NCBI GenBank assembly: GCA_977020255.1
Contig: CDROCS010000506.1
Coordinates: 2,046,001 to 2,110,000 of the forward strand
Length of the DNA: 64,000 bases
Source of the DNA: Obrimoposthia wandeli
Taxonomy: Eukaryota
Reading direction: 5' to 3'
The notes under the pieces are model-generated. The model was given only the letters and a program-made list of their open reading frames with translations. It ran no database searches and was not told the DNA's origin. Position numbers and translations under genes: made by a program. Shown piece by piece: positions 35,309-51,672 of this stretch. Every line of letters begins with the position of its first letter. Positions within the stretch are counted from its first letter, which is position 1.

Positions 35309-37192
35309 ATGGCATACCATGAACAATTTGAAGTTATCGTCGTAGGTGGCGGACATGCTGGCACCGAAGCTGCTGCAGCTGCTGCTCGTATGGGTCGAAA
35401 TACATTATTATTAACGCATAATATCGATACGCTAGGGCATATGTCATGCAATCCAGCTATCGGTGGTATCGGCAAGGGTCACTTAGTTAAAGAAATTGAC
35501 GCACTTGGCGGTATCATGGGTCAGGCTACTGACCTCGGCGGTATTCAATTTAGAACATTAAATTCAAGCAAAGGCCCTGCAGTTCGTGCAACTCGTGCCC
35601 AAGCGGATCGTCTGTTATACAAATCAGCAGTTCGTCAAAAACTTGAAAATCAGCAAAACCTAACGATATTCCAACAATCAGTTGAAGATCTTATTATTGA
35701 AAACGATCGTGTCGTTGGTGTTGTAACGCAAGCAGGTTTATCGTTTAGAGCTAAATCAGTGGTATTAACCGTAGGTACTTTCCTTGACGGACTTATCCAC
35801 ATTGGTTTGAAAAACTATCCAGGTGGTCGCGCAGGTGATCCTGCATCAGTATCATTGGCTGCACGTCTACGTGAATTACCAATTCGTACTGGTCGTTTAA
35901 AAACCGGTACGCCACCACGTATCGATGGTCGCACAATTGATTTTTCAGTAATGGAAGAACAACACGGTGATACACCAACACCGGTATTCTCTTTCATTGG
36001 CAGCCGTAAAGATCATCCCGAGCAAGTACCGTGCTACATTACCCATACTAATAATAAGACCCATGACGTGATCCGCAGTGGTATGGATCGTAGTCCTATG
36101 TATACTGGTATGATCGAAGGTATTGGTCCACGTTACTGTCCGTCGATCGAAGATAAGATCACGCGTTTTGCAGATAAAGAATCTCATCAGATTTTTATCG
36201 AGCCAGAAGGTTTAACAACACATGAAGTTTACCCTAATGGTATTTCAACAAGTTTGCCTTATGATGTACAAGTTGATCTTGTACGTTCGATCCGCGGTCT
36301 AGAGAACGCCCATATTACGCGTCCTGGTTATGCGATCGAATATGATTACTTTGATCCCCGCGATCTTAAACTAACGTTAGAAAGTAAATTTATCGAAGGT
36401 CTGTTCCTAGCGGGTCAAATCAACGGTACAACGGGTTATGAAGAAGCTGCAGCCCAAGGTCTACTTGCTGGTCTTAATGCTGCTCGTACAGCCCGTGAGG
36501 AAGATACATGGCATCCACGCCGTGATCAGGCTTACTTAGGTGTGTTAGTCGACGATCTTGCAACGCTAGGAACGAAAGAACCGTACCGTATGTTTACAAG
36601 TCGTGCTGAATACCGTTTATTGTTACGTGAAGATAATGCTGACGCACGTTTAACCGAGCAAGGTCGTAAACTTGGTTTGGTTGATGATCATCGTTGGGCG
36701 ATATTCAACGAGAAAATGGAAGCCATTGAACTTGAGCAACAACGCTTACGTTCAACTTGGATCAATCCAACAAAAGCGTTTGCAGATAAGATCAATACAT
36801 TGTTAGCAACGCCACTATCACGTGAACACACCTTAGAAGATCTTGTTCGTCGTCCAGAAGTGACTTACAACGCCTTGATGACAATTGAAGAGTTAGGTCC
36901 TAAGCTAGAGCACGAATCTGCTGCGGAGCAAGTTGAAATCACCATTAAGTATGAAGGTTATATTAACCGTCAGAAAGCGGAGATTGAAAAGCAACTGCGT
37001 CATGAAAATACTTTGCTACCAACGGATTTAGATTACGCATCAATTAAAGGTCTATCTAATGAGGTTGTTGCTAAGTTAATTGACGTTAAACCGCAAACAA
37101 TTGGCATGGCATCACGTATTTCAGGTATCACACCTGCTGCAATCTCAATTCTACTGATTTATTTGAAAAAGCAAAACTTACTTAATCAATAA
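35309..37192 (+). CDS. mnmG: tRNA uridine-5-carboxymethylaminomethyl modification enzyme MnmG (GidA)
   Basis: [35 protein letters not shown] and [16 protein letters not shown]. Confidence 0.98.
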   Translation: MAYHEQFEVIVVGGGHAGTEAAAAAARMGRNTLLLTHNIDTLGHMSCNPAIGGIGKGHLVKEIDALGGIMGQATDLGGIQFRTLNSSKGPAVRATRAQADRLLYKSAVRQKLENQQNLTIFQQSVEDLIIENDRVVGVVTQAGLSFRAKSVVLTVGTFLDGLIHIGLKNYPGGRAGDPASVSLAARLRELPIRTGRLKTGTPPRIDGRTIDFSVMEEQHGDTPTPVFSFIGSRKDHPEQVPCYITHTNNKTHDVIRSGMDRSPMYTGMIEGIGPRYCPSIEDKITRFADKESHQIFIEPEGLTTHEVYPNGISTSLPYDVQVDLVRSIRGLENAHITRPGYAIEYDYFDPRDLKLTLESKFIEGLFLAGQINGTTGYEEAAAQGLLAGLNAARTAREEDTWHPRRDQAYLGVLVDDLATLGTKEPYRMFTSRAEYRLLLREDNADARLTEQGRKLGLVDDHRWAIFNEKMEAIELEQQRLRSTWINPTKAFADKINTLLATPLSREHTLEDLVRRPEVTYNALMTIEELGPKLEHESAAEQVEITIKYEGYINRQKAEIEKQLRHENTLLPTDLDYASIKGLSNEVVAKLIDVKPQTIGMASRISGITPAAISILLIYLKKQNLLNQ

Positions 37193-37384
37193 ATAATTTA
37201 GTACTACAGCCACCGTTAATGCATTTAGCGGTGGCTATATAACCTCATTTTTGACATCATTCCCTAATTTGCAATGCTACTATTTAACGAAGGTACCCTT
37301 ATCTTCCGTAGTAGATTGTCTTTTTCACTTTTCTACAATTAATATTAATTTAGATAATCACGTTTTACCGGAGTAAATCTACCC

Positions 37385-38005
37385 ATGATCAACCGCCTCG
37401 ACGCATTATTAGCCAAAACATCTTTGGTTGTTACTGATACCCAAAAACAGCAATTAGTGGCATTAGTGAATTTGTTACATAAGTGGAATAAAGCATACAA
37501 CCTGACGTCGGTACGTGATCCTGACGACATGTTAGTCAAACATATTATGGACAGCCTTGTGGTAAGCCCTTATCTAGAAGGCGAGCGTTTTATTGATGTG
37601 GGTACAGGTCCTGGTTTACCTGGACTACCTTTAGCGATAATGAATCCAGATAAAGAATTTGTACTGCTTGATAGCTTAGGTAAACGAATTCGTTTCATTA
37701 CGCAGGCTGTACACGAATTAAAATTAACGAATGTAACGCCAGTACAATCACGCGTTGAAGAATACCAGCCTGAAATTAAATTTGATGGTGTATTAAGTCG
37801 TGCGTTTGCTTCATTAGAAGATATGTTACATTGGTGTAAGCATCTGCCAAAACAAGATGGCTTATTTTACGCGTTGAAAGGAGTAAGACCAACGGGTGAA
37901 ATTAAAACATTGAATACTAAATTTAAGCTGGAAGTTGCACATAAACTAACAGTGCCAGGATTAGAAGGCGAACGTCATCTAATCGTCATGTCAGAGATTA
38001 AATAA
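37385..38005 (+). CDS. rsmG: 16S rRNA m7G527 methyltransferase RsmG (GidB)
   Basis: [22 protein letters not shown] and SRAFASL. Confidence 0.96.
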   Translation: MINRLDALLAKTSLVVTDTQKQQLVALVNLLHKWNKAYNLTSVRDPDDMLVKHIMDSLVVSPYLEGERFIDVGTGPGLPGLPLAIMNPDKEFVLLDSLGKRIRFITQAVHELKLTNVTPVQSRVEEYQPEIKFDGVLSRAFASLEDMLHWCKHLPKQDGLFYALKGVRPTGEIKTLNTKFKLEVAHKLTVPGLEGERHLIVMSEIK

Positions 38006-38017
38006 TAGGGAACATTT

Positions 38018-38821
38018 GTGGGGAAAATCATAGCAATAGCTAACCAAAAAGGTGGCGTAGGAAAAACAACTACTTGTGTCAATTTAGCAGCCTCAATGTC
38101 GGCGACTAAACGTAAGGTATTGCTAATTGATCTTGATCCACAAGGTAACGCTACCATGGGCAGTGGAGTCGACAAATATGCTGTCGAGTATTCTGCTTAT
38201 GATTTATTGGTTGATGAAAAACCGGTTAATGAGGTTGTCATCACTGAAACATCAGGTAAATATCACCTGATCGCAGCGAATCAAGATGTCACCGCGGCTG
38301 AAATTAAATTAATGGCATTTTTTGCGCGTGAGTTACGCTTAAAAAATGCATTAGCAGCTGTGAAAGATTATTATGATTATATTTTTATTGATTGCCCACC
38401 ATCATTAAATTTACTCACAATTAACGCGATGGCTGCAGCTGACTCTATTATTGTACCAATGCAATGTGAGTATTATGCCCTTGAAGGTCTTACTGCATTA
38501 ATGGATACCACCACTAAATTGGCGGCAGCTGTTAATCCAGAACTGAAAATTGAAGGCATACTTCGCACTATGTATGACCCTCGTAATCGTTTAGCGTGTG
38601 ATGTATCTGAACAACTTAAGCAACATTTTGGCGATAAAGTCTATCGTACTGTGATCCCCCGTAATGTCCGCTTAGCGGAAGCGCCAAGCTTTGGCGCACC
38701 TGCCATGTATTATGATAAATCTTCGAGCGGGGCTAAAGCTTATTTAGCGTTGGCTGGAGAAATCATTCGTCGTCAAGAATTAGCCAATGAACAGAGCGTA
38801 CAGGCAAAGGAACAAGCATGA
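38018..38821 (+). CDS. parA: Chromosome partitioning ATPase ParA
   Basis: NQKGGVGKTTT, DLDPQGNAT, DCPPSL and PRNVRLAEAPSFG. Confidence 0.96.
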   Translation: MGKIIAIANQKGGVGKTTTCVNLAASMSATKRKVLLIDLDPQGNATMGSGVDKYAVEYSAYDLLVDEKPVNEVVITETSGKYHLIAANQDVTAAEIKLMAFFARELRLKNALAAVKDYYDYIFIDCPPSLNLLTINAMAAADSIIVPMQCEYYALEGLTALMDTTTKLAAAVNPELKIEGILRTMYDPRNRLACDVSEQLKQHFGDKVYRTVIPRNVRLAEAPSFGAPAMYYDKSSSGAKAYLALAGEIIRRQELANEQSVQAKEQA

Positions 38822-39711
38822 ATACGAAAAAACGAGGTTTAGGTAAAGGTCTGGATGCATTGCTTGGTACGAGTGCTATGGCAAGAACCAAAGAACAAAC
38901 GGCTGATGAGCAATCTCAAGCGATCCCTGTCGTCGAAAATGAACTGAAGAAATTACCGGTTGAATGGTTATACCCAGGTAAATATCAACCACGAAAAGAC
39001 ATGGCAACAGATGCGCTAGATGAATTAGCTGCATCAATTACCGCTCAAGGTATTATTCAACCTATCGTTGTACGTGAGCTCAGTGCACAGCAATATGAAA
39101 TTATTGCTGGTGAACGCCGATGGCGCGCAGCACAACTCGCCGGTTTAAGCCAAGTCCCTTGTATTGTCAAAAATGTTGCTGATGAAGCGGTAATGGCGAT
39201 GGCTTTAATTGAGAATATCCAGCGTGAAGATTTAAACGCGATGGAACAATCAACAGCATTACTGCGTCTCATCGAAGAGTTCTCATTAACCCACCAACAG
39301 GTCGCTGATGCGGTGGGTAAATCACGCGCTTCAGTATCCAATTTATTACGTCTAAATAGCCTCAATAATGATGTTAAAATCTTGCTTGAACATGGCGATA
39401 TTGAGATGGGACATGGACGTGCTTTATTGGCTCTTGAAGGTGAATTACAATCACAAGCTGCGAGCAATATTGCCCAGCGTGGACTAACCGTCCGAGACAC
39501 TGAAAAGTTGGTCAGAAAGCTCCTTGAACCGAAGGTCGAAACCGTCTCTGTAAAGGCTAAAGATCCGGATGTAGCGAACCTAGAATATCGTTTATCGGAG
39601 CGCTTAAAAGCTAAAGTTATGATTAAACAAGGTGCAAATGGCTGTGGAAAGTTAACAATTGATTATACTAGCCTAGCTGAATTGGATGATATAGTTTCAA
39701 ATTTAGGTTAA
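38818..39711 (+). CDS. parB: Chromosome partitioning protein ParB
   Basis: KKRGLGKGLDALL, QPRK, IIAGERRWRAA and ENIQREDLN. Confidence 0.96.
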   Translation: MNTKKRGLGKGLDALLGTSAMARTKEQTADEQSQAIPVVENELKKLPVEWLYPGKYQPRKDMATDALDELAASITAQGIIQPIVVRELSAQQYEIIAGERRWRAAQLAGLSQVPCIVKNVADEAVMAMALIENIQREDLNAMEQSTALLRLIEEFSLTHQQVADAVGKSRASVSNLLRLNSLNNDVKILLEHGDIEMGHGRALLALEGELQSQAASNIAQRGLTVRDTEKLVRKLLEPKVETVSVKAKDPDVANLEYRLSERLKAKVMIKQGANGCGKLTIDYTSLAELDDIVSNLG

Positions 39712-40099
39712 ATATTAATCTTCAAGTGATAAAGATCAAATTAAGTTAAGATTTATAAAAACGTAGTTATGACTCAGTAAATATACTTAGCTCAGTAAGA
39801 TACGCTTTTATGAACAATTATCTTCATTCGAAATATCAATGGCTTATATTTCCTACAATGTCAAAATAACTTTATTTCATAATAACCTCGTTGTTTAGAA
39901 TTTAATATTATAAGGGTGGTACTCATTAGTGGGTAACGCCTGTCATATCTCATTTTTCAGAATATTCTACTTAGCTTTCCTTATCTAGGTTGCAATCAGT
40001 TGCATTAGCACCACTTCAACGTATAATTTATCCTGCTTTTAGAAGCGTTTTTGTATATTTTTTTTGAATGCTTCAAAAAGATTGTTTTAGGGGTTTATT

Positions 40100-40489
40100 G
40101 TGTCAAATAAATTAGCAATGAATGCGTTCAATCAAGCGATTAAGCTGATTGTGTTTCAGGTGCTATTAGTGATCGTTTGCGCGTTAACCTTTTTGTTGAT
40201 TGATGGTGAGCTTTCTGCTCGTTCTGCAGTATTTGGTGGCATCATTTATGTGTTACCAAATTATATTTTTACGCGTTTGGCTTTCCGGTTTATGGGTGCT
40301 AGACAAATGAAAGATGTAGTGGCGTCATTTGCACTGGGTGAATCGTTAAAATTGGTCCTGACAGTTGTGTTTTTTATTGCGGTGTTAGGTTTCGTTAAGG
40401 TGAATTATCTTCCTCTTTACGTTACATTTTCATTAGCGATAGGTTCACAATTATTTGCTCCTTATTTTATGAACAAAAAACTGGGATGA
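40100..40489 (+). CDS. atpI: ATP synthase protein I
   Basis: Hydrophobic 129 aa, first gene of the atp operon, GESLKL motif. Confidence 0.85.
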   Translation: MSNKLAMNAFNQAIKLIVFQVLLVIVCALTFLLIDGELSARSAVFGGIIYVLPNYIFTRLAFRFMGARQMKDVVASFALGESLKLVLTVVFFIAVLGFVKVNYLPLYVTFSLAIGSQLFAPYFMNKKLG

Positions 40490-41269
<780 letters not shown>

Positions 41270-41289
41270 TTTATAAACACAAATTTTAA

Positions 41290-41562
<273 letters not shown>

Positions 41563-41598
41563 TCAGCTTTCGGTCCACTACTAACCAGGAGGTTCGTT

Positions 41599-42069
41599 GT
41601 GAATATCAACGCAACTCTTTTAGGACAAGCGATTTCTTTCACGTTATTCGTACTGTTTTGTATGAAATATGTATGGCCGCCATTAATCGCGGCTATCGAA
41701 GAACGTCAAAAGAAAATTGCTGATGGCCTTGCAAGTGCGGATAAAGCTGCTAAAGATCTGAAGCTAGCGGAAGCTAAAGCAACAGATCAATTGAAAGATG
41801 CTAAAGCGCAAGCGGCAAATATCATTGATGCAGCAAACAAGCGTAAATCTCAGATAGTCGATGAAGCTAAAGATGAAGCGAATGCGGAGCGAGTTAAAAT
41901 TCTTGCTCAAGCAGAAGCGGAAGTTGAAGCAGAACGTAATCGTCTAAAAGAAGAGTTACGCAAACAAGTAGCTGGTTTAGCTATTGCCGGTGCTGAAAAA
42001 ATTATCGAACGTTCTATCGATGAAGCTGCTAACAGTGACATCATAGACAAAATCGTTGCAGAACTTTAA
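41599..42069 (+). CDS. atpF: ATP synthase F0 subunit b
   Basis: [19 protein letters not shown]. Confidence 0.97.
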   Translation: MNINATLLGQAISFTLFVLFCMKYVWPPLIAAIEERQKKIADGLASADKAAKDLKLAEAKATDQLKDAKAQAANIIDAANKRKSQIVDEAKDEANAERVKILAQAEAEVEAERNRLKEELRKQVAGLAIAGAEKIIERSIDEAANSDIIDKIVAEL

Positions 42070-42083
42070 CAACTGGGGGGCTT

Positions 42084-42617
42084 ATGTCTGATTTGACTAC
42101 TATTGCTCGTCCATATGCTAAAGCTGCATTTGATTTTGCCGTTAAGGAACAGGCTATTGATAAATGGCAAGAAATGTTAGCGTTTACTGCAGAGATCGCA
42201 GTAAACAAAGATATTTCTACTTTATTAAATGGCGCTGTTGGTTCACAAGCTATTGCTGATATTTTTATCAACGTAGCTGATGAGCAACTTAACGAATCTG
42301 GTCAAAACTTTATTAAAGTATTGGCTGAGAACGTTCGTTTAAGCGCATTACCAAGTATTGTTACTTTATTTGCACTTTACAAAGCGGAACATGAGAAATC
42401 TGTTGATGCTGATGTGATATCTGCAATGCCGTTAACGGCTACGCAAGAAGCAAACATTGTAATCGCGTTGGAAAAGCGTTTAGCACGCAAAGTTAAGTTA
42501 AATTGCAACGTTGATAACACTCTAATTGCTGGTTTGATTATTCAGACTGGTGATTTAGTTATTGATGGCTCTGTACGCGGTAAGTTAAATAAACTTGCGG
42601 AAGCGCTACAATCGTAA
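42084..42617 (+). CDS. atpH: ATP synthase F1 subunit delta
   Basis: [14 protein letters not shown] and [12 protein letters not shown]. Confidence 0.97.
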   Translation: MSDLTTIARPYAKAAFDFAVKEQAIDKWQEMLAFTAEIAVNKDISTLLNGAVGSQAIADIFINVADEQLNESGQNFIKVLAENVRLSALPSIVTLFALYKAEHEKSVDADVISAMPLTATQEANIVIALEKRLARKVKLNCNVDNTLIAGLIIQTGDLVIDGSVRGKLNKLAEALQS

Positions 42618-42629
42618 TTGGGGAATAGC

Positions 42630-44171
42630 ATGCAACTGAATTCTACAGAAATCAGTGATCTGATCAAACAACGTATTGAAAAATTCAACGTTGTTAGTGA
42701 AGCAAGAAATGAAGGTACGATCGTTTCAGTAAGCGATGGTATTATTCGTATTCATGGCCTTGCAGACTGTATGCAAGGCGAAATGATTGAATTACCTGGC
42801 AACCGTTTTGGTATCGCACTTAACCTAGAGCGTGACTCTGTTGGTGCGGTAGTAATGGGTTCTTACATGGGTCTTGCAGAAGGCCAGAAAGTACGTTCAA
42901 CTGGACGTATTTTTGAAGTGCCAGTAGGTCGCAACTTATTAGGTCGTGTTTTAAACACACTTGGTGAGCCTATCGACGGTAAAGGACCTATCGACAACGA
43001 TGGTTTCTCTCCTGTTGAAGTAATTGCACCTGGTGTAATGGAACGTAAATCTGTTGATCAACCTGTACAGATCGGTATCAAAGCTATTGACGCTATGATC
43101 CCAATCGGTCGTGGTCAACGTGAGCTTATTATTGGTGACCGTCAGGTTGGTAAGAGTGCTATCGCTATCGATGCAATCATCAACCAAAAAGACTCGGGCA
43201 TTAAATGTGTATACGTAGCAATCGGTCAGAAAGCTTCTACCGTTGCTAGCGTTGTACGTAAGCTTGAAGAACATGGCGCAATGGAAAACACTATTCTTGT
43301 TGTTGCAACAGCTTCTGAAGCTGCAGCACTACAATACCTAGCACCATACGCTGGTTGTGCTATGGGTGAATACTTCCGTGACCGTGGTGAAGATGCACTA
43401 ATCGTATATGATGATTTGTCTAAGCAAGCCGTTGCTTACCGTCAAATTTCATTACTTTTACGTCGTCCACCGGGCCGTGAAGCATACCCTGGTGATGTTT
43501 TCTATCTACATTCACGTTTACTAGAGCGTGCCGCTCGTGTAAACGCTGATTACGTAGAAGCGTTCACTAAAGGTGAAGTGAAAGGTAAGACTGGTTCTTT
43601 AACTGCTCTTCCTATCATTGAAACTCAAGGTGGTGACGTATCTGCGTTCGTACCAACGAACGTAATTTCTATTACCGATGGTCAGATCTTCTTGACTACA
43701 GAACTGTTTAACTCAGGCACACGTCCTGCTGTTGATCCAGGTATCTCTGTATCGCGTGTTGGTGGTTCAGCACAAACGAAGATCATTAAGAAACTATCTG
43801 GTGGTATTCGTACCGCACTAGCACAGTACCGTGAATTAGCAGCATTTGCTCAATTCTCTTCAGACCTTGATGATGCAACGCGTAAGCAGCTTGATCATGG
43901 TGCGAAAGTTACTGAGCTAATGAAGCAAGGCCAATATGCGCCGATGAGCGTAGCTGAACAAGCGCTATCTTTATATGCAGCAGAAATTGGTGCATTAGAA
44001 GATGTTGCAGTTAACAAAATTGTTAGCTTTGAAGCGTCTTTGCAGGCTTATGCTAAAGCGGAACACGCTGATTTTCTTGCTTCTATTAATGAAACAGGCG
44101 CGTACGACAAAGATATTCAAGCTAAGCTATCAAGCTTAATTGAAAGCTTTAAGTCTACACAAACCTGGTAA
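42630..44171 (+). CDS. atpA: ATP synthase F1 subunit alpha
   Basis: [17 protein letters not shown] and [21 protein letters not shown]; ATG 42630. Confidence 0.98.
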   Translation: MQLNSTEISDLIKQRIEKFNVVSEARNEGTIVSVSDGIIRIHGLADCMQGEMIELPGNRFGIALNLERDSVGAVVMGSYMGLAEGQKVRSTGRIFEVPVGRNLLGRVLNTLGEPIDGKGPIDNDGFSPVEVIAPGVMERKSVDQPVQIGIKAIDAMIPIGRGQRELIIGDRQVGKSAIAIDAIINQKDSGIKCVYVAIGQKASTVASVVRKLEEHGAMENTILVVATASEAAALQYLAPYAGCAMGEYFRDRGEDALIVYDDLSKQAVAYRQISLLLRRPPGREAYPGDVFYLHSRLLERAARVNADYVEAFTKGEVKGKTGSLTALPIIETQGGDVSAFVPTNVISITDGQIFLTTELFNSGTRPAVDPGISVSRVGGSAQTKIIKKLSGGIRTALAQYRELAAFAQFSSDLDDATRKQLDHGAKVTELMKQGQYAPMSVAEQALSLYAAEIGALEDVAVNKIVSFEASLQAYAKAEHADFLASINETGAYDKDIQAKLSSLIESFKSTQTW

Positions 44172-44219
44172 GAGCGGTGGCAGCCTTTGCTGCCACAGCT
44201 AGCTTAATAGGAGAAGAAA

Positions 44220-46501
<2,282 letters not shown>

Positions 46502-46516
46502 CTAAGCGAGGGCACT

Positions 46517-46942
46517 ATGGCTATGACTTTTGATTTGAATGTTGTGAGCGCTGAAGGGATTTTATTTTCTGGGCGTGTTGAAAGCATTCAAGTTACCGGT
46601 TCTGGCGGTGAGTTCGGCATTTTAGCTGGACATACACCACTATTAACTGGAATAGTACCTGGCATGGTGCGCTTGGTTAAACAACACGGTGAAGAAGAAG
46701 TTATCTTTGTTTCAGGCGGTACTTGTGAAGTACAACCTGGCGAAGTTACCGTGCTGGCTGATACTGCGATTCGTGCAGAAGATCTAGATTTAGCCAAAGC
46801 GCAAGAAGCCAAGAGACAAGCTGAAGAACTACTGAGTAACTCTGCAACTAATCAAGATGTGGATTACACTCAAGTAGCTATTCAATTGGCTGATGCTATT
46901 GCTCAACTTCGTGTGCTTAAATTGGTTAAAAAATTCAATTAA
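46517..46942 (+). CDS. atpC: ATP synthase F1 subunit epsilon
   Basis: [19 protein letters not shown] and [10 protein letters not shown]. Confidence 0.97.
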   Translation: MAMTFDLNVVSAEGILFSGRVESIQVTGSGGEFGILAGHTPLLTGIVPGMVRLVKQHGEEEVIFVSGGTCEVQPGEVTVLADTAIRAEDLDLAKAQEAKRQAEELLSNSATNQDVDYTQVAIQLADAIAQLRVLKLVKKFN

Positions 46943-46993
46943 TTTAACTTAGGTTAAATTTAGTGAATCTTTAATTGATCACGTGTAGTTGTC

Positions 46994-47021
46994 AAAAAGC
47001 GACCTTAGGGTCGCTTTTTTT
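46994..47021 (+). terminator. Terminator of the atp operon
   Basis: AAAAAGCGACC-TTAG-GGTCGCTTTTTTT. Confidence 0.88.
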
Positions 47022-47118
47022 ATATCTTCATTAAACTATTCATATTGTTAAACCTATTTATTCCCTATAATCTAATTACTATTTATTTTAATTATTCATC
47101 TTTTGATAAGAGCCCATT

Positions 47119-48483
47119 ATGCCTATTAGTGTCGTTATTCTTGCTGCCGGTAAAGGAACGCGTATGCGTTCAGATCTTCCTAAAGTACTTCATCCAATCG
47201 CTAAAAAACCAATGGTTCAGCATGTTATCGATACCGTAAAACAGTTAGATGTTAACGATATCCATTTGGTTTATGGCCATGGTGCTGAGTTACTTAAATC
47301 ACGCATTAATGATGACAAGCTAGATTGGGTTCTTCAAGCTGAACAATTAGGCACTGGCCATGCCGTGCAACAAGCGGCGGATAAATTTAAAGCGGATGAA
47401 CAAGTATTGGTGCTTTATGGTGACGTACCATTAATTAGCCAAGAAACACTGACACACCTATGCCAGTCTCAGCCTGAAGGCGGTATTGGTTTACTTACGG
47501 TTAAACTTGATAACCCAATGGGCTATGGCCGTATTGTGCGTGATGGTGAAACGGTTGTTGGTATTGTTGAGCAAAAAGATGCATCGGCAGAGCAACTTAA
47601 AATTGATGAAGTAAACTCTGGTATATTAGTGGCTAATGGTGCTGATTTTAAACATTGGTTATCATTATTAGATAACAATAATGCCCAAGCTGAATATTAT
47701 CTTACTGATGTGATCGCCCTCGCCCATCAAGCGGGACGCACTATTAATGCGGTACATCCAATCGCTAACATTGAAGTTGAAGGTGTTAACAACCGTATGC
47801 AATTGGCAGAATTAGAACGTGCATACCAAAAATTACAAGCATACAAACTGATGGAACAAGGCGTGACTATGCTTGATCCTAATCGTTTTGATTTACGCGG
47901 CGAAGTCAGTGTTGGTAATGATGTAACATTTGATATAAACGTCATTATCGAAGGTAAAGTAACAATCGGTAGTGGTGTTACTATTGGCGCTAACTGTATT
48001 TTAAAAGATTGTCATATTGGTGCGAATTCAGAGATCAAGCCAAATTCAATTATTGAGTCTGCCATTATAGGTGTTGATTGTAGTGCGGGTCCGTTTGCGC
48101 GTTTACGTCCTGACACTATATTAGAAGATGATGCTCACGTAGGTAACTTTGTAGAATTAAAGAAAACTACATTAGGTAAAGGTTCAAAAGCAGGACACCT
48201 TAGCTATTTAGGTGACAGTGTTATTGGTGAGAAAGTAAATATTGGCGCTGGTACTATTACCTGTAACTACGATGGTGTGAATAAATTTAAAACTATTATT
48301 GAAGACGGTGCATTTATTGGTTCTGATAGCCAATTAATCGCACCGGTTACAATCGGTAAAAATGCAACTGTTGCGGCTGGTTCGACAATCACTAAAGACG
48401 TAGAAGAAAACGATTTAGTTATCTCCCGTGTTAAGCAGCGACATATTCGCAATTGGCCAAAACCAACGAAAATTGAAAAATAA
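47119..48483 (+). CDS. glmU: Bifunctional UDP-GlcNAc pyrophosphorylase/GlcN-1-P acetyltransferase
   Basis: [20 protein letters not shown], hexapeptide repeats and [11 protein letters not shown]. Confidence 0.98.
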   Translation: MPISVVILAAGKGTRMRSDLPKVLHPIAKKPMVQHVIDTVKQLDVNDIHLVYGHGAELLKSRINDDKLDWVLQAEQLGTGHAVQQAADKFKADEQVLVLYGDVPLISQETLTHLCQSQPEGGIGLLTVKLDNPMGYGRIVRDGETVVGIVEQKDASAEQLKIDEVNSGILVANGADFKHWLSLLDNNNAQAEYYLTDVIALAHQAGRTINAVHPIANIEVEGVNNRMQLAELERAYQKLQAYKLMEQGVTMLDPNRFDLRGEVSVGNDVTFDINVIIEGKVTIGSGVTIGANCILKDCHIGANSEIKPNSIIESAIIGVDCSAGPFARLRPDTILEDDAHVGNFVELKKTTLGKGSKAGHLSYLGDSVIGEKVNIGAGTITCNYDGVNKFKTIIEDGAFIGSDSQLIAPVTIGKNATVAAGSTITKDVEENDLVISRVKQRHIRNWPKPTKIEK

Positions 48484-48504
48484 TCATTGATAGATTAGTG
48501 ATAC

Positions 48505-48534
48505 AAAAAAGCAGAGAGTAATCTCTGCTTTTTT
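48505..48534. terminator. Bidirectional terminator between glmU and nadE
   Basis: A6-GCAGAGA-GTAA-TCTCTGC-T6. Confidence 0.85.
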
Positions 48535-48559
48535 ATTTTATAAATCGACCCAGCAATAA

Positions 48560-49396
48560 TTAAGTTGGTGTTGGTATCGCATTACGTTTATGGGTTGTCT
48601 TAGAATAAGTATCAATAATCTTTGCTTCTGCTTTTGCATCAATAGATTTACCTTCTAGGAAGTCATCTATTTGATCATAAGTCACACCAAGCGCAATTTC
48701 ATCTTCAAGCTGTGGGCGATCTTCTTCTAAGTCTGCAGTAGGTATTTTCAAAAATACGTCTTGCGAAGCACCTAAAAATTCAGCTAAGGCTCTTACTTGG
48801 CGCTTATTCAAACCAAATAAAGGTGCTAAATCGCAAGCGCCATCGCCGTGTTTAGTAAAGAAGCCGGAAATGTTCTCTGCGCTATGATCTGTTCCTGGTA
48901 CTAAACCTCTATATAAGCCAGCAATTTCATATTGTGCAATCATGCGCATTCTTGCTTTTACGTTACCTTTATTGAAATCTTGATTAAAGGCTGTTGTTTC
49001 TGGTAATCCAGCATCCTTTACAGATTTAAGTACTTCGCTATGAATACTGTCTGAACCTGATTGGATATTCACAGTGACAGATGTTTTTGGATTAATAAAG
49101 CTTAGCGCTTTTTGTGCATCATCTTCATCTGCTTGTACAGAATAAGGTAAACGCACGGCAATGAAATTATAATCATCACTGCTTTGTTCTGCATTCAACT
49201 CTTCAATAGCTAATTGGCAAAGACGGCCACAAGTTGATGAATCAACACCACCACTTATACCTAGTACTAAACTTTTTAATCCTGAGTTAGTTAATTGCTG
49301 CTTGATAAAATTAATGCGACTACGGATCTCATTGGCAATATCAATACTCGGTTTAACTTTCATCTCTGCAATGATTTGGTTTCTAAGTTCAGTCAT
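48560..49396 (-). CDS. nadE: NH3-dependent NAD+ synthetase
   Basis: [36 protein letters not shown] and PTADLE. Confidence 0.95.
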   Translation of the reverse strand: MTELRNQIIAEMKVKPSIDIANEIRSRINFIKQQLTNSGLKSLVLGISGGVDSSTCGRLCQLAIEELNAEQSSDDYNFIAVRLPYSVQADEDDAQKALSFINPKTSVTVNIQSGSDSIHSEVLKSVKDAGLPETTAFNQDFNKGNVKARMRMIAQYEIAGLYRGLVPGTDHSAENISGFFTKHGDGACDLAPLFGLNKRQVRALAEFLGASQDVFLKIPTADLEEDRPQLEDEIALGVTYDQIDDFLEGKSIDAKAEAKIIDTYSKTTHKRNAIPTPT

Positions 49397-49593
49397 GGGT
49401 ATATCTCCTTGGTTAATATCATTGTATCGCGATAAACCGACAATACTAGGACTGTCGTTGGTTAAAGCACTACATTATTTAGCGTTGAACCAATGCTGTT
49501 GCTGTATTTACATACCAGAAAGATCGAAAAAAAACGCTTTAGTGCTAATTCTGTACAGTAAACTCTATTTGTTCGGTTTCTTGTTAAAATGAC

Positions 49594-49666
49594 TTGCCAA
49601 TAAACCTGAGTTCTCTATAATCACTCCCACTGACACGGCAAGAGTCGTTCAGTATGCTCTTTAACA
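49594..49666 (+). promoter_or_regulatory. rrn operon 1 promoter (single, P1-type) and boxA
   Basis: TTGCCA(49594)-16 bp-TATAAT(49616); boxA TGCTCTTTAACA at 49655. Confidence 0.8.
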
Positions 49667-49861
49667 ATTTATTCAAGCAATCTGTGTGAGCACTTGCAGA
49701 GATATAATGACCAAATATTATATCAATGTAATTGTGAACATTAAATTAAATCGAAAGATTTGGTTTTATAAACAACAAACTTCGGTTTGTTGTTGAAGTA
49801 CAGAATTCATTGAGCCGACTTAATCTAATCTACTTGTAGATTGGGTTAGTCAAAAAACTTT

Positions 49862-50149
49862 TAATTGAAGAGTTTGATCATGGCTCAGATTGAACGCTGG
49901 CGGTAGGCTTAACACATGCAAGTCGAGCGGAAACGAAGAATAGCTTGCTATTCTGGCGTCGAGCGGCGGACGGGTGAGTAATGCTTGGGAATCTGCCTAG
50001 TCGAGGGGGACAACAGTTGGAAACGACTGCTAATACCGCATACGACCTACGGGTGAAAGGGGGCCTCTTCTTGAAAGCTCCCGCGACTAGATGAGCCCAA
50101 GTGGGATTAGCTTGTTGGTGAGGTAAGAGCTCACCAAGGCGACGATCCC

Positions 50150-50232
<83 letters not shown>

Positions 50233-50360
50233 CACAATGGGCGAAAGCCTGATGCAGCCATACCGCGTGTATGAAGAAGGCCTTAGGGTTGTAAAGTACT
50301 TTCAGCGAGGAGGAAAGGGTGCAGATTAATACTCTGTATCTGTGACGTTACTCGCAGAAG

Positions 50361-50416
<56 letters not shown>

Positions 50417-50639
50417 ATCGGAATTACTGGGCGTAAAGCGCATGCAGGCGGTTTGTTAAGCGAGATGTGAAAGCCCCGGGCTCAACCTGGGAACTGCATT
50501 TCGAACTGGCAAACTAGAGTTCTTGAGAGGGTGGTAGAATTTCAGGTGTAGCGGTGAAATGCGTAGAGATCTGAAGGAATACCAGTGGCGAAGGCGGCCA
50601 CCTGGCAAGTAACTGACGCTCAGATGCGAAAGCGTGGGT

Positions 50640-50673
<34 letters not shown>

Positions 50674-50779
50674 CGTAAACGATGTCTACTCGGAGTTTGG
50701 TTCCTTGAGAACTGGGCTCTTAAGCTAACGCATTAAGTAGACCGCCTGGGGAGTACGGCCGCAAGGTTAAAACTCAAAT

Positions 50780-50850
<71 letters not shown>

Positions 50851-50906
50851 CTCTTGACATCCACAGAATCTGGTAGAGATACCTCAGTGCCTTCGGGAAC
50901 TGTGAG

Positions 50907-50938
<32 letters not shown>

Positions 50939-50944
50939 TGTGAA

Positions 50945-50980
<36 letters not shown>

Positions 50981-51020
50981 TCCTTATTTGCCAGCACGTA
51001 ATGGTGGGAACTCTAAGGAG

Positions 51021-51073
<53 letters not shown>

Positions 51074-51231
51074 CTTACGAGTAGGGCTACACACGTGCTA
51101 CAATGGCGCATACAAAGGGCTGCAAACCAGCGATGGTAAGCGAATCCCATAAAGTGCGTCGTAGTCCGGATTGGGGTCTGCAACTCGACCCCATGAAGTC
51201 GGAATCGCTAGTAATCGTGAATCAGAATGTC

Positions 51232-51285
<54 letters not shown>

Positions 51286-51406
51286 GGCTGCACCAGAAGT
51301 CATTAGCTTAACCTTCGGGAGGGCGATGACCACGGTGTGGTTCATGACTGGGGTGAAGTCGTAACAAGGTAGCCCTAGGGGAACCTGGGGCTGGATCACC
51401 TCCTTA
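49862..51406 (+). rRNA. rrs: 16S rRNA, copy 1
   Basis: AGAGTTTGATCATGGCTCAG, GTGCCAGCAGCCGCGGTAA and GATCACCTCCTTA; ends approximate. Confidence 0.98.
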
Positions 51407-51672
51407 CGTAAAGTTGTTAATCTTTGTAAGTGCCCACACAAATTGCTTGAATAGAAAACGTTAAAGACGTTAGAAAGTAAAGATAAGCATCGCTTATCTT
51501 TGCTTTTTAGCAAATTGCTCTTTAAAAATTTGGAAAGCTGAATAAATAAAGAAGTTCTTAAAACACGTTATTACTTCGGTAATAACAATGAAGTGTTCTT
51601 GAGTATTCTTGAGGCGAAAAAAACTAGATAATACCTAGTTATTTCAATTGTACGGTCTACTTTAGATTGTAT

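Noticed and set aside
44177-44196. GC-rich hairpin between atpA and atpG
   Set aside because: Intercistronic stems are ordinary in atp operons; there is no U tract and nothing unusual.
48484-49396. glmS absent after glmU, with nadE there instead
   Set aside because: Separation of glmU from glmS is known in related marine gammaproteobacteria; only a synteny difference.
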